A stretch of 64,000 nt of DNA from Planctomycetota bacterium (lineage in GTDB: Bacteria > Planctomycetota > UBA8108 > SXIK01). The stretch lies in contig OZ244999.1 of the NCBI GenBank assembly GCA_965223265.1, positions 6,336,001 to 6,400,000 on the forward strand, in the 5' to 3' direction. Positions 1-10,039 of this stretch are shown in pieces. The position numbers and the translations under genes were made by a program. Under the pieces are notes generated by a model. It saw nothing but the letters and a program-made list of their open reading frames with translations, did not search any database and had not been told where the DNA came from. Within the stretch, counting starts at the first letter, position 1. Each line of letters begins with the position of its first letter.

Positions 1-129
1 CTCGCCGCGGCCTTCAGGGTCGTAAAGCGGGACCTCCTCCACCTCGAAGTCTTCGACGAATCGTTTAATCTCGCCGCCGATTCCGGGGAGATTCACCGTA
101 AAATACTCGTGAGGGATTCCCGGTAGCAT
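1..129 (-). CDS. truD: tRNA pseudouridine(13) synthase TruD, N-terminal part (runs off the window edge)
   Basis: Manual translation from ATG at 129 gives MLPGIPHEYFTVNLPGIGGEIKRFVEDFEVEEVPLYDPEGRGE, matching the TruD N-terminal pattern PGIGG..K...EDF.VEE.P.Y...G.GE. Not in the ORF track. Confidence 0.8.
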   Translation of the reverse strand, partial: MLPGIPHEYFTVNLPGIGGEIKRFVEDFEVEEVPLYDPEGRGE

Positions 130-297
130 GGCGCCGCCAATCCTGCCACGAAGCGCTGTGGCTGGCAAGCCGGCGAGCTCGGGCCTCGGACCGCGCGCCG
201 CGAAGCATTCAGAAGTCTGTCCGAATTTCCGCTCGAGGGGGTACTTACATTGCGAGGGAAAACCTCGTGCCCAAAGGCCCCTTCGCGATGGACCTAA

Positions 298-459
298 GGA
301 TGAAGAGCCGCCTGGCTTGGAGCTGAAATCCTGGGCGTCTGCGTCGATATCAGCTGCGGCGAACGCGCATGATCTCCGAGATTTTCGAGTGTCAGCACGG
401 TCGAGCTAGGAGTGAAGGGGTTGATTTCTCCGTCGAATGACTTTTTCCAGGACTGTTAA
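298..459 (-). mobile_element. Degenerate copy of the MITE at 62531-62708
   Basis: Reverse complement reads ttaacagtcctggaaaaagtcattcgacggagaaa...ctcggagatcatgcgcgttcgccgcagctgatatcgacgc...tttcagctc, colinear with the 62.5 kb element. One terminal repeat is decayed, so the left boundary is approximate. Confidence 0.7.
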
Positions 460-596
460 AAGGGATCCATCAGCCGTCTCCCATGTGATAGGATTTTGTT
501 GGTAGCTTGACCAATCAACCGCACCCGCGGATCAGATTCCGTTCGGCTGCCGGGGCATTTGACATTCTCACCCAATCGCTGAATTGCTTGAGGTAA

Positions 597-1754
597 ATGA
601 TGTACGTCTCTAGTCGTTTTCCAGCTGTGATCGCAGCCTCCCTTCTGGCCGTGTTTGCGACTTCAGTGGCTATCTCCGCGCCCGACGACAATCGTCCGGT
701 GGGTTCAGATGCCAAGACGGCCGCCGCGACCAAGAAAGCACCGAGCGGTACGTACTCCCTGCCGATACCTCCGAAAGATTTCGCGCCCCCCAAGCTTGTG
801 GTCGAAGAGGCCGTCTATGACTGGGGCGCAGTGGTCCGCGGTACCGTCGTGACCCACACCTTTCAACTTCACAACAAAGGTGGAACACCGCTGATCATCC
901 AGCGCGTCAAGCCCGCTTGTGGCTGCACCGCGGTCGACGAACCGAAAGAAGCCATCCCTCCGGGAGGATCGGCACCGGTGACGCTGAAGGTTGATACGAC
1001 CAAATTCAAAGGTTCGATCAAGAAGACAGCGCAGGTGTGGTCGAACACTCCAAGCAGCCCCGACGTGTTGACCCTCCAAGGCGACGTCGACACCGTTTAC
1101 AAGATCGAGCCCGAAAGGCCTCAGATCGAGGTCGTGCGCGGATTCCCCGTTCAGCCCTACAAACTGACGCTCCGGCGCGCTGTCGAGAGTGCCGCGAAGG
1201 TGACAGACGTCACGACAGCGAGCACCGTGTTGACGCCGACGCTCCGAGAGGTCGAGGCGGGACAGCTCTATGAAGTCGATCTCAAGGTCGAGCTCAGCGA
1301 CAACAAGCGCAGCTACTTTTGGGAAGACCTCGTCGTCAAAGTGGCGACCGACGGTCAGGAAGTCGAGATGCCGGTGAAGGTGCAGGTGCGCGTCAAGGAT
1401 CGCATCGACATTTCCCCCAAGTCAGCGTATTTCGCCCATAAGGACACGGAAAAACTGAAAGGCGCCGACGCCCAACCGATCACCAAGACGGTCGATATTA
1501 AGAGCCTAGGTGGCCCTGACCACACGTTCAAGATCGCCGGACTCAAGAACACCAATAAGGCGTTTCAGACGAAGCTCATTACGGTCGAGGAAGGCAAGCA
1601 CTACCAGCTGCAAGTCACGCTTCCGGCTGCGCCCTCCGACGGCAGCAAGATGATCCGTGAGCAGATCATCCTCGAGACAGACGACGATCAGCAAACTGAG
1701 CTGAAAGTCACCGCCATGGCAATGTTCCGCGTCACTCCGGCGAAAAAGAGGTGA
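597..1754 (+). CDS. Exported DUF1573-domain (Ig-like) protein
   Basis: Signal peptide, then YDWG.V..G..VTHTF.L.N.G..PL.I..VKPACGCT. Confidence 0.75.
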   Translation: MMYVSSRFPAVIAASLLAVFATSVAISAPDDNRPVGSDAKTAAATKKAPSGTYSLPIPPKDFAPPKLVVEEAVYDWGAVVRGTVVTHTFQLHNKGGTPLIIQRVKPACGCTAVDEPKEAIPPGGSAPVTLKVDTTKFKGSIKKTAQVWSNTPSSPDVLTLQGDVDTVYKIEPERPQIEVVRGFPVQPYKLTLRRAVESAAKVTDVTTASTVLTPTLREVEAGQLYEVDLKVELSDNKRSYFWEDLVVKVATDGQEVEMPVKVQVRVKDRIDISPKSAYFAHKDTEKLKGADAQPITKTVDIKSLGGPDHTFKIAGLKNTNKAFQTKLITVEEGKHYQLQVTLPAAPSDGSKMIREQIILETDDDQQTELKVTAMAMFRVTPAKKR

Positions 1755-2911
1755 ATCGGAACACCAACTGGCTGATCGTGACGTTGATCTCGACGCTGGC
1801 CACAATTCAATGGTTCATCCTTCAACCATTGGCTGCGGCCGGCGTCGAGATCAACCGACCTGCAGCGCTCGAGAGCGTCGACTCGGAGCTTGAACTCGAC
1901 GAGGGCGCGGAAGAGGGTACCGAGGAGCCCGGCGAAGAGTCGAATTCCAGCCTTCGGCCGGAGAGCGCCGTGTACAACTGGGGCACTCTCTTTCGCGGCG
2001 AAGAGATCGGCCACACTTTCACCCTGATCAATCAGGGCGACCGCCCGATTCGAATACTCGAAGTCAAGCCAGCATGCGGTTGCACATTGGTGCAGGAGTC
2101 CCTCGCCGGGAGCACTGTGGATCCGGGCGCAAAAGTTCGCATTCCGCTGCGCCTCGACACCAGCGCCTTTCGTGGCGGCTTGAAAAAGTACACAGAAGTA
2201 TTGACCGACGACGCGCGCGTCGGGATCAAGCTGTGGATGCGCGGCGAAGTGGTCGACCTGGTCAAGCTCGACCCCGAGCAGCCGGTCGTCGACGTGGTTT
2301 GCGGCTCAACAGAAAGACCAGAACCCTTTGCACTACAGATTCTGCCGCAGGCAAAGGGGCAAGCCCGTGTCCAGCGCGTTAAGGCGCGACACGGCCTTCT
2401 GCACGTCGAGCAGCAGCAGCTGGAGACCGACTCCCTCGAGCTGGCGCGCTTGCGGCTTTCCGTCAACGCCAGCGACGAGAAGACACCAGGAATCGAAACC
2501 GAGATCCTCGAGTGCGACATCACCCTCGATGGCCGAAAGCACAGAATCAGGCTCCCCGTTACCGTCAAACTGAGACCTCGCATCGCGCTCACGCCACTGA
2601 AGTCAGCATATTTTCGCCGAAAAGAAACCGCAGAATTGAAGAAGAACCCGGAGGCTCACGTCGAGAAGACGCTCGAGCTGCAGAGCATCGGCGGAGCAGG
2701 ACACAAGTTTCGTATCGTCAGTGTCGCTGAGCTGAAAGCGCCTTTCGCTGTGCGACTCCTCGAAGCGGAGGCAGGAAAGCGGTACGCGCTGACGATCACG
2801 GTAGCGCGCCCTGCAGGACAAAACGTACGTTTCGCAAAAGCGGTGGTCGAGATCAAGACCGACGACCCGCTCGTGCCGCTGATCAAGGTGCCGGTGCGCG
2901 CTCAGTTCTAG
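1751..2911 (+). CDS. Exported DUF1573-domain protein, paralog of the upstream gene
   Basis: YNWG...GHTFTLINQG...VKPACGCT; shared C-terminal SAYF..K.T..LK...KT....S.GG..H.F.I; GTGA overlap with the previous gene. Confidence 0.75.
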   Translation: MNRNTNWLIVTLISTLATIQWFILQPLAAAGVEINRPAALESVDSELELDEGAEEGTEEPGEESNSSLRPESAVYNWGTLFRGEEIGHTFTLINQGDRPIRILEVKPACGCTLVQESLAGSTVDPGAKVRIPLRLDTSAFRGGLKKYTEVLTDDARVGIKLWMRGEVVDLVKLDPEQPVVDVVCGSTERPEPFALQILPQAKGQARVQRVKARHGLLHVEQQQLETDSLELARLRLSVNASDEKTPGIETEILECDITLDGRKHRIRLPVTVKLRPRIALTPLKSAYFRRKETAELKKNPEAHVEKTLELQSIGGAGHKFRIVSVAELKAPFAVRLLEAEAGKRYALTITVARPAGQNVRFAKAVVEIKTDDPLVPLIKVPVRAQF

Positions 2912-2958
2912 TGCGTCGTGGCTACAGACTTGGCGGACGAAAGATGATCCCAGGACGA

Positions 2959-4983
2959 TCAAGGTCGTTCCGGACGCTCCAGCCGAAACTCATTTCGCTG
3001 TGCGTCGATCGTGTACTTGAAGTGTTGCAGAAAATTCAGTCCGAGCAGAGCCGTGTCGGCACCAACACTTGCAGGTAAGACGAGAACCCGCAAGTTACGG
3101 ACACTGTAGCCCTGTAAGCTGACCGAACGCATCTGGATGAGTGGAGTGCTGATGACCCCCCCTGCCGTTCGGACATTGACGCGCTCTGCACGGCGTAGGT
3201 CATAGCCCAACTGTTCTGCTAGCTGCCACGGAATCGCCGTGTAAGTCGCGCCCGTATCGATGATGAAGCTGAATTCGTCACGACGGCCATCGACGACAAC
3301 ACCGGCGCGAAGGGTTGAGCTCCCCGGTGCGATCGGAATCACGACGGCATCGCGACGACGCAGCGCGTCGTCGATACGACGCAGCAGCGTGTCGACGGCG
3401 TCAGCAACCCCGGAATCTAAAGCCCTTGCTTGCTGCAGAAGCAGCACAGCGTCGTCAAAGGCTTCAAGGTCCACGTAGAGGCGCGCCAGCTCGACTTGCA
3501 AAGCCGCGGAGTTTGGCAGCTGCTCGATCGCTTCGATCAACGCCAACTCCGCGAGACGAACGTCTGACACCGCGATCGCCTCTCTTGCACTTAAAAGATA
3601 GGCGTGTTCGACAAGCTGTTCGAGCGTTGCGCTCGGTCGCAGCTGGCGCGCTTGAAGCAACGCTGCGATGGCCTCGTCAAACTGACTCAAGTGGAGACAC
3701 GCTTCGCCGTAGGCTTGCCACAACCCCGGGGCGTCGTCGTAGCGGACGAGTGCAGCATCGGCGACCGCTAGCAAGTCCTCCCACATCGCCAAGCGGGCCA
3801 AACGTGCGATTTCTTCGCCATAACTCGTGCGCAGCAGACGCTCGGCCTCCTCAATCGTCGAGGCGTCGGGTGCGTCCACAAATCGCCGTTCGAGTGCGCG
3901 CACCATGAGACTGACGGCGTCCGCCCATTTCTTCTGACGGATCGCTTCCTTGCCGCGCTCGAAGAGATCGGAGAAAGTGCCGGCATAGACACGGTCCGTG
4001 AGCTGCTGCAGCGTCATAGAGACAGGAAAATCCGCCAGGCGAGCGAGGGCCGCGGCGGAGTCGACTCTCACATTCGGCTGATCAGGTACTGCCACTCCGT
4101 CCACGGCGCCGCCGTCTTCGCTCTTGGCGACGCGCCCACAGAGCCCTATGAGCGTCGCGTTGCGATCCACCACGGCGAAAGCGTCGTCGAGCGATGCGCC
4201 AGAGCTTGAGACGATCCCACGCGGAACGCGGTCGATGGCGCTGCGCTCAACACGCTCGAGGCTGGCTCTGATGGGCGTCGCCGCGCCTCCGAACGCGACC
4301 ACGTCGGCCGGCGTCTCGATCATCTCCAAACTCAGGCTGAGAATCTCTACCCAGGGATCGTCACGCGACTGACCAGCAAGCCTCACGAGTGCCTGATTCG
4401 AATCGTCATCACTGCCTACGAGGCCGACGACATCGACCGACTCCGACTTGCGACTCAGGAACCTCGCGGTGGCGCTGTACGCGCCGAGGAGAGGAGAGAA
4501 ACGACACAAAACGACTCCCCCGGCGCCGACCACGACGCCGCGCATCTCGCGCAGAGGCTTCCCGTTCGCGTCGCGCAATTCGAGAACGACGACGCTCGGG
4601 ACAACGGTTTCGCCCACCTGACGCAGAGACAGAGGCGGCGCTTCCTGCTCCTCGACCGACTCAATGGTGACACCCTCACGCCAATTCTCAGGGATCTCGT
4701 CACCGTCCGGCTTGAGCGCGGGTCGCTCGGTTGAAACCCGGTTACTGTCGTTGTGCAGTGAGGCGGATGAGCTGTCTTCTACGGCTCCATTGCGCAAGAC
4801 GTAGAGGGCGCCACCAAGAAGCAGCAGGAGAACCGCGAGCAACGCGAATGGCCAAACGCCACGGTTCGAACGGACCGCCGGCTGGCGCGGTTGCGGCTGC
4901 TGAGGTGTCGGGATCCGGACCCCGCAGAAGCTGCAGTAGCGCGACGATTCCGCACACGTGTTTCCGCAGCTCGGACAGCGCAT
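2959..4983 (-). CDS. Zinc-ribbon / TM / degenerate trypsin-like / TPR / clan AA (retropepsin-like) aspartic protease
   Basis: CPSC..CSFC, a hydrophobic TM segment, TPR-like helices, and C-terminal FIIDTGAT...LLGLNFL. Confidence 0.75.
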   Translation of the reverse strand: MRCPSCGNTCAESSRYCSFCGVRIPTPQQPQPRQPAVRSNRGVWPFALLAVLLLLLGGALYVLRNGAVEDSSSASLHNDSNRVSTERPALKPDGDEIPENWREGVTIESVEEQEAPPLSLRQVGETVVPSVVVLELRDANGKPLREMRGVVVGAGGVVLCRFSPLLGAYSATARFLSRKSESVDVVGLVGSDDDSNQALVRLAGQSRDDPWVEILSLSLEMIETPADVVAFGGAATPIRASLERVERSAIDRVPRGIVSSSGASLDDAFAVVDRNATLIGLCGRVAKSEDGGAVDGVAVPDQPNVRVDSAAALARLADFPVSMTLQQLTDRVYAGTFSDLFERGKEAIRQKKWADAVSLMVRALERRFVDAPDASTIEEAERLLRTSYGEEIARLARLAMWEDLLAVADAALVRYDDAPGLWQAYGEACLHLSQFDEAIAALLQARQLRPSATLEQLVEHAYLLSAREAIAVSDVRLAELALIEAIEQLPNSAALQVELARLYVDLEAFDDAVLLLQQARALDSGVADAVDTLLRRIDDALRRRDAVVIPIAPGSSTLRAGVVVDGRRDEFSFIIDTGATYTAIPWQLAEQLGYDLRRAERVNVRTAGGVISTPLIQMRSVSLQGYSVRNLRVLVLPASVGADTALLGLNFLQHFKYTIDAQRNEFRLERPERP

Positions 4984-5119
4984 CGCTCACCTTCGTTCGT
5001 CGTACCTCTTCTCAAGTATGGAGTCCGACCGCTCGGCGCACAAGGCTTCAGGGAAGTTCCGGAATCATCCAAACTTCACGACGACGTTGCCCAGAACGTC
5101 GACTCTCGGCGCGACGGGG

Positions 5120-6313
5120 TTATCGCGCAGCGGAAAACTCAAGCGTACCCGCACCGACGAGAAACGCGCTGTATCTCCCATTCTCGGGCCGATTGAGATC
5201 GAGCTCGAACTTCATGGGCTGAAGCGCATCCACGCCAGCACGCAGCCACTCTGCAAGATCACGAGCCAGCAGCACGACGCCGGCTGGCTCCTGGCCACGA
5301 TCGGGGGCTGGAATCAAGGCGCCCAACTCCCGGTAGAGAATCGGAACCAGGGTGCCATCCTTTACCGGATCGAGGATGGCCTCCCGCACCGTACGGGCAA
5401 GCTCATCGCTGCTACCCGAGAATTCAGTGCGAACGGTGAACGAGACATGTCCGTCGCCATGAAAATCACCGACGGCCTCGACACTTTTCCACCCGGAGAG
5501 TAACACGTCATCGCTCGTTAAATCCACGAAGAGCGGGCTCGGTCGCGCAGCAAACTCGAATCCTGCACGGCGTCCCTGTGGCGCGCCTGAGAGGAACGAA
5601 GCTGCGAACTGCGACTTCGGCGCAAGGTTTTTCAGACTCAAGTCGTCCGGACGTGCCAAGGCGAACGGCAAGGAGCGGGCCCTTTGACGCTCGAGCTGAA
5701 GAGCCGCGCGCAAGTAATGCCGAGAGGTCGAGAGGAAAACGAAATCACCCGCCCCAGTAGCACAGAACTCGATCGCTGGGTTGATCAGAGAATACAGGCA
5801 GGTCAGCTCGACGTCACGACGCAAGGCGGCGTCGAGCTCTGCAGCTGGGATTCGCGTTGCCGCAGCGAATAGCGCCTCGCGAAGGGAGCTAAGGATCTTG
5901 TCACGATTCTCCGATCCGACGTCAAAGGCAGCGAGCCACTCGCGGTGTCGGCCGTTGAACCGCGCTGCGACAACAAACTCCCTAGAAATCAGTGGCCACC
6001 AGTCGGTCTGCGCGAAAACGCCTCGGAAGAGTTGAATCTCCTTCTTGCGCAGCTTTAGCTCTTCGCCGCCCGCACGCTGGAGCAGATACCGCCCCCAACC
6101 GTCCAGAAACGACGGCTGTGCTAGAGCATCACGCAGGGCGGTTATGCGAGCCTGCACTTCTTCCTGAGGTGCATCCGGGAGAACAACACGAAGGTAGAGC
6201 TCAGAATCGGCTGGAACGACGTGCGCCAGGGACGCCCCGGCAGACACTGCGGAGCGCGTCGCCGCGACGATGAGAATCGCAGCGAACAGTTTTTTGACGC
6301 CGCTTGGTGACAT
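5120..6313 (-). CDS. Hypothetical exported protein (start uncertain; ORF open to 6433)
   Basis: Long ORF with a signal-peptide-like KKLFAAILIVAA after the ATG at 6313. Confidence 0.55.
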   Translation of the reverse strand: MSPSGVKKLFAAILIVAATRSAVSAGASLAHVVPADSELYLRVVLPDAPQEEVQARITALRDALAQPSFLDGWGRYLLQRAGGEELKLRKKEIQLFRGVFAQTDWWPLISREFVVAARFNGRHREWLAAFDVGSENRDKILSSLREALFAAATRIPAAELDAALRRDVELTCLYSLINPAIEFCATGAGDFVFLSTSRHYLRAALQLERQRARSLPFALARPDDLSLKNLAPKSQFAASFLSGAPQGRRAGFEFAARPSPLFVDLTSDDVLLSGWKSVEAVGDFHGDGHVSFTVRTEFSGSSDELARTVREAILDPVKDGTLVPILYRELGALIPAPDRGQEPAGVVLLARDLAEWLRAGVDALQPMKFELDLNRPENGRYSAFLVGAGTLEFSAAR

Positions 6314-6417
6314 ATCATCGCTCCATAGTCCACGCCGTGAACATCTTGTCGTGATTCTCCGACTCAAGCGTGCATTTGCAGACAGTGTCGCGAGCTTCAC
6401 GCGTGCGAGAATCTTGA

Positions 6418-7410
6418 TCAACTGTACATCCATTCAAGAATCGCTTTTTGCGCATGCAGGCGGTTCTCCGCTTGGCGCATCACCACCGACTGTTGAGAGT
6501 CCATCACCTCGTCCGTGACGACGACGTTACGCCGCACCGGTAAGCAATGCATGAAATACGCCCGCCGCGTCAGCGACATGACCTCCTTGTCGACGATCCA
6601 GTCACCGTGTCGAGCGCGGAGTTCGCTCTCCGCCTCCGCATCTTCGTAACGGGACAGTCCAGCCCAAGCCTTGGCGTAGATCACGTCTGCGTCGCGGGCC
6701 CCTTCATGTCGATCGTGGGTCACCCGCACACTTCCTCCCGCCTTCTTCGTGAAGTCTCGCGCTAAATCCATGATGCCGTCGTGCAGTTCGAACCCAGGAG
6801 GATGCGCCAGCGTTACATCCATGCCGACGCGCGTGGCGGCAAGAAGGATAGAGTTCGCAACCGCCATCGGCAACGCACGTGGATGGCTAGCCCAGGTGAT
6901 GCTGATCTTTCGCCCCTTGAAGCCTTCAAACAGCTCGCGGACCGTAAGCAAGTCTGCCATCGCTTGACATGGATGGTAGACAGCCGACTCCATGTTGAAC
7001 ACGGGAATCTTAGCGTGCTCCATAAAGGATGAAAACGTGCGGTCGAGCAAATCGTTCTCACGGTTCACGCCACGTGCAAAGCAGCGCAGACCGACCCCAT
7101 CGAAATAACGTGACAGCACCCCCATGGCCTCTTGCACGTGCTCGGAACTCTCGCCATCCATTCTCTTTCCGAACTCAGTTTCGAGCTTCCAGAGCGTCTG
7201 CCCTTCCAGATTCGTCACACCAGCGGCGAGTTGTCGGATGGCAACCTCGAAGGAACACCGTGTCCGCAGAGATGGATCGAGAAAAAGGAGGCCGATTTGC
7301 TTGTTCTCGAGTCCCCGGGTGTACCGATTCTCTTTGTGATAGAGCGCACGATCCAAGAACGTGTCGATCTGAGCTGGAGAGAACTCGTTCAGACTGTAGA
7401 AGTGACGCAT
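6418..7410 (-). CDS. argF': N-acetyl/N-succinylornithine carbamoyltransferase (ArgF')
   Basis: PSLRT, LWKLE..MDG..EH, HPCQ, YAKAW and HCLPVRRN motifs of the AOTCase/SOTCase family. Confidence 0.9.
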   Translation of the reverse strand: MRHFYSLNEFSPAQIDTFLDRALYHKENRYTRGLENKQIGLLFLDPSLRTRCSFEVAIRQLAAGVTNLEGQTLWKLETEFGKRMDGESSEHVQEAMGVLSRYFDGVGLRCFARGVNRENDLLDRTFSSFMEHAKIPVFNMESAVYHPCQAMADLLTVRELFEGFKGRKISITWASHPRALPMAVANSILLAATRVGMDVTLAHPPGFELHDGIMDLARDFTKKAGGSVRVTHDRHEGARDADVIYAKAWAGLSRYEDAEAESELRARHGDWIVDKEVMSLTRRAYFMHCLPVRRNVVVTDEVMDSQQSVVMRQAENRLHAQKAILEWMYS

Positions 7411-7580
7411 GAGTGTTTCCTCTCACGGTCATACGGGGTACGACCGCTTCTTTTCCGTGTACGGGAGACTCGGCAATGTGCTCCACGCGGCGCAGGGAGC
7501 TCCCAGGGGAGCGGCCCCGAGCCAAACCATGAATTATACTCTCGTGCGACGACGCGCAAAAGCACCAAGCAATCCGCCGC

Positions 7581-8759
7581 TCACGCAGCGAAAGCCTCGA
7601 ACGCATCAAAGAAGGCAGACCATTCCGCCGCTGTCGCTGTCAGCGGTGGCAGCAGGCGCAAAGTGTTCGGTTCGTCGGCTTTGCCGACCAAAATGCGCCG
7701 CTGCACAAGATGTTTATGGAGCTCCGACGCGGGCTGCTCACACTCGACGCCGATGAGGTAGCCGAGACCGCGCACGTCACGGACGACGCCGCGCCCGATC
7801 ATGCCTCGAAGGCGCTCGATCGCTTCAGCTCCGAGGCGGGCCACCTTGGCGAGGAGCTCTTCCTTGATGATCGTTCGATAGGTCGCCGCCACCGCGGCTG
7901 CCGCGAGCGGTCCACCGCCGAACGTGCTGCCATGGTCGCCTACCTTCACCGCCTCGCTGATCTCGCCGCTTGCGAGTACAACACCGACGGGAAAGCCTCC
8001 GCCGACGCCCTTGGCCGTGGTCACCAGGTCTGGCTCGACGTCCCAATGTGCTCCGGCGAACCACTTTCCGGTTCGACCTGTGCCCGTCTGGACCTCGTCG
8101 AAGATCAACTGGATCCCGTGGGCTGTGCAGTAGTCCCGAAGACCGCGGTAGTAATCGGGCTCCGCCATGTAGACGCCCCGCATGCTCTGCACGGGTTCGA
8201 GCAACACGGCGGCAACGTCGTCGGGTGGCAGCCGCTGGACTGCATCGAGATCACCGAGTTCGACGAAATGCGTGCAACCGACGAGGTTTTCCTGAAACAT
8301 GTTTCGCAATCGCGGACTCCACGTCACGCTCAAACTTGCGATGGTGCGGCCATGAAACCCTCCCTGCATGGCGACCACGGTCGAACGAGCGGTGTGCTTG
8401 CGTGCCAGCTTGAGCGCAGTCTCGTTCGCTTCAGCGCCCGAGTTACAGAAAAAAACGGTGCGCATGGACGTGTAGGAATGTTCGACCAGTAGCTCCGCCG
8501 CCTCGGCACGTTTGGGATGAAAGCAGACGTTCGAATAGAAATCGAGCTCGTCGAGCTGACGCTTCAAGGCGGCAACCCAGGCTGGATGCGAGTGCCCGAG
8601 AAGGGAAACCGCATGGCCACCGTAGAAATCGAGGTAACGATTGCCGCTATCATCCCAGACGTAACAACCCTCTCCCCGCACAAGCGCGAAAGGGAACTTG
8701 CCATAGGTCGGCAGGAGAAACTGTTTCTCCTGTTGGTAGGCTTCTTTGCTTTGGTTCAT
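7581..8759 (-). CDS. argD: Acetyl/succinylornithine aminotransferase (class III PLP)
   Basis: FCNSGAEANE, FHGRT, FDEVQTG, TAKGVGGG and HGSTFGG motifs; arg cluster context. Confidence 0.9.
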   Translation of the reverse strand: MNQSKEAYQQEKQFLLPTYGKFPFALVRGEGCYVWDDSGNRYLDFYGGHAVSLLGHSHPAWVAALKRQLDELDFYSNVCFHPKRAEAAELLVEHSYTSMRTVFFCNSGAEANETALKLARKHTARSTVVAMQGGFHGRTIASLSVTWSPRLRNMFQENLVGCTHFVELGDLDAVQRLPPDDVAAVLLEPVQSMRGVYMAEPDYYRGLRDYCTAHGIQLIFDEVQTGTGRTGKWFAGAHWDVEPDLVTTAKGVGGGFPVGVVLASGEISEAVKVGDHGSTFGGGPLAAAAVAATYRTIIKEELLAKVARLGAEAIERLRGMIGRGVVRDVRGLGYLIGVECEQPASELHKHLVQRRILVGKADEPNTLRLLPPLTATAAEWSAFFDAFEAFAA

Positions 8760-8896
8760 TGTTTTTCATCCTGATCGATCGAAGCGCGCTTGGGTACGCA
8801 CGTCGAAAAGTCGTCGTTCAAGGAATGATCGGTACCGACGGAGACACGAACCGCGACGGCAACAGGAAGCTGCTGCGTCAGCCGGCGGTCGCGATT

Positions 8897-9958
8897 TCAT
8901 ACGTATCCGGCAGGAAGTCTCAAACCGGTCGTCTCCGGCAAACCGAAGGCATAGTTAAAGTTTTGAACTGCTTGGCCGGCAGCTCCTTTACCCAGGTTGT
9001 CGATGGCGCTGAAGACGACGCTGCGGTCTGTCTCCCCGGCGATGCCAATCACTGCACGCGGACCTCCTTGCACCCAGCGCAGCTCGGGCGATCCAGAGAC
9101 GACGGACACGAGAGGTGCGTCGTCATAGGCCGCGCGAAATAGGCTCTCGACAGCATCTCGCCCTAGGCCAGGAACGAATGTTGTCGCGAAGATGCCGCGC
9201 ACGAGCGGGCCGGACTGCGGCACAAAGTGGATCTTGAAATCTGTGTCCGTAAGCGTTTTCAGAAGCCCCTCGACCTCGAGCAGATGTTGATGCACGAGCG
9301 GCTTGTAGGCTCGGACGTTGCTCGCACGCTCAGGGTGGTGCGTTGTCTGCAGCGGCTTGTTTCCGGCACCCGATGACCCCGTGAGCGCCGCAACGAAAAC
9401 GTCGCCGCGTAGTTGACCGGCCGCCGCGAGTGGCGCCAAAGCGAGATTGACTGCCGTCGCAAAGCACCCCGGATTCGCAATCAGCCGTGCGCCCGCAAGC
9501 TGTTCTCTACGGTACTCCGTGAAGCCGTAGACGAATTCGGCGAGTTGATCAGGCGCGACGTGCTCACGGCCATAAAACTTCTCGTACGCCGCAGCGTCTT
9601 CACTGCGGAAATCACCGCCGAGATCGATGAAGACGACACCCTGGTGCTCGCGCGCAAGCCTTGGGATGACATCCTGCGAGCTATTGTGCGGCAAGCAGAC
9701 GAACACCGCCTGCGTCTCGCTAATTCGCGCCGACGCCGAGTCAAGATCGATGAACGTCAAATCCAGAAAGTCGCGGAGATTCGGCAGCACACCGCTCACG
9801 TGATTGCCCACCCGCGCATTCGCGCTGATCCAGCGCACGTCGACGCGCGGATGGCCGACCAAGTAACGGAGGATCTCTCCACCGATGTAACCCGAGGCTC
9901 CCAGAACACCGACCGGAATGACCGCGCCGGGTTCGTTCGTCGTGTTTGTCTGTTGCAT
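8897..9958 (-). CDS. argC: N-acetyl-gamma-glutamyl-phosphate reductase
   Basis: GASGYIG, catalytic NPGCF, SGAG and DNLGKGAAGQAVQN. Confidence 0.93.
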   Translation of the reverse strand: MQQTNTTNEPGAVIPVGVLGASGYIGGEILRYLVGHPRVDVRWISANARVGNHVSGVLPNLRDFLDLTFIDLDSASARISETQAVFVCLPHNSSQDVIPRLAREHQGVVFIDLGGDFRSEDAAAYEKFYGREHVAPDQLAEFVYGFTEYRREQLAGARLIANPGCFATAVNLALAPLAAAGQLRGDVFVAALTGSSGAGNKPLQTTHHPERASNVRAYKPLVHQHLLEVEGLLKTLTDTDFKIHFVPQSGPLVRGIFATTFVPGLGRDAVESLFRAAYDDAPLVSVVSGSPELRWVQGGPRAVIGIAGETDRSVVFSAIDNLGKGAAGQAVQNFNYAFGLPETTGLRLPAGYV

Positions 9959-10039
9959 CAAGATTCTCCAGCATCGAATGCGACATCACCCGAGTGGGTG
10001 CCGGCGATCGTGCGCCGGTTGTCATTCGTGCGAATAGCG

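Noticed and set aside
907-930. Selenocysteine in the DUF1573 CGC motifs
   Set aside because: The codons are TGT/TGC in both paralogs, with no in-frame TGA.
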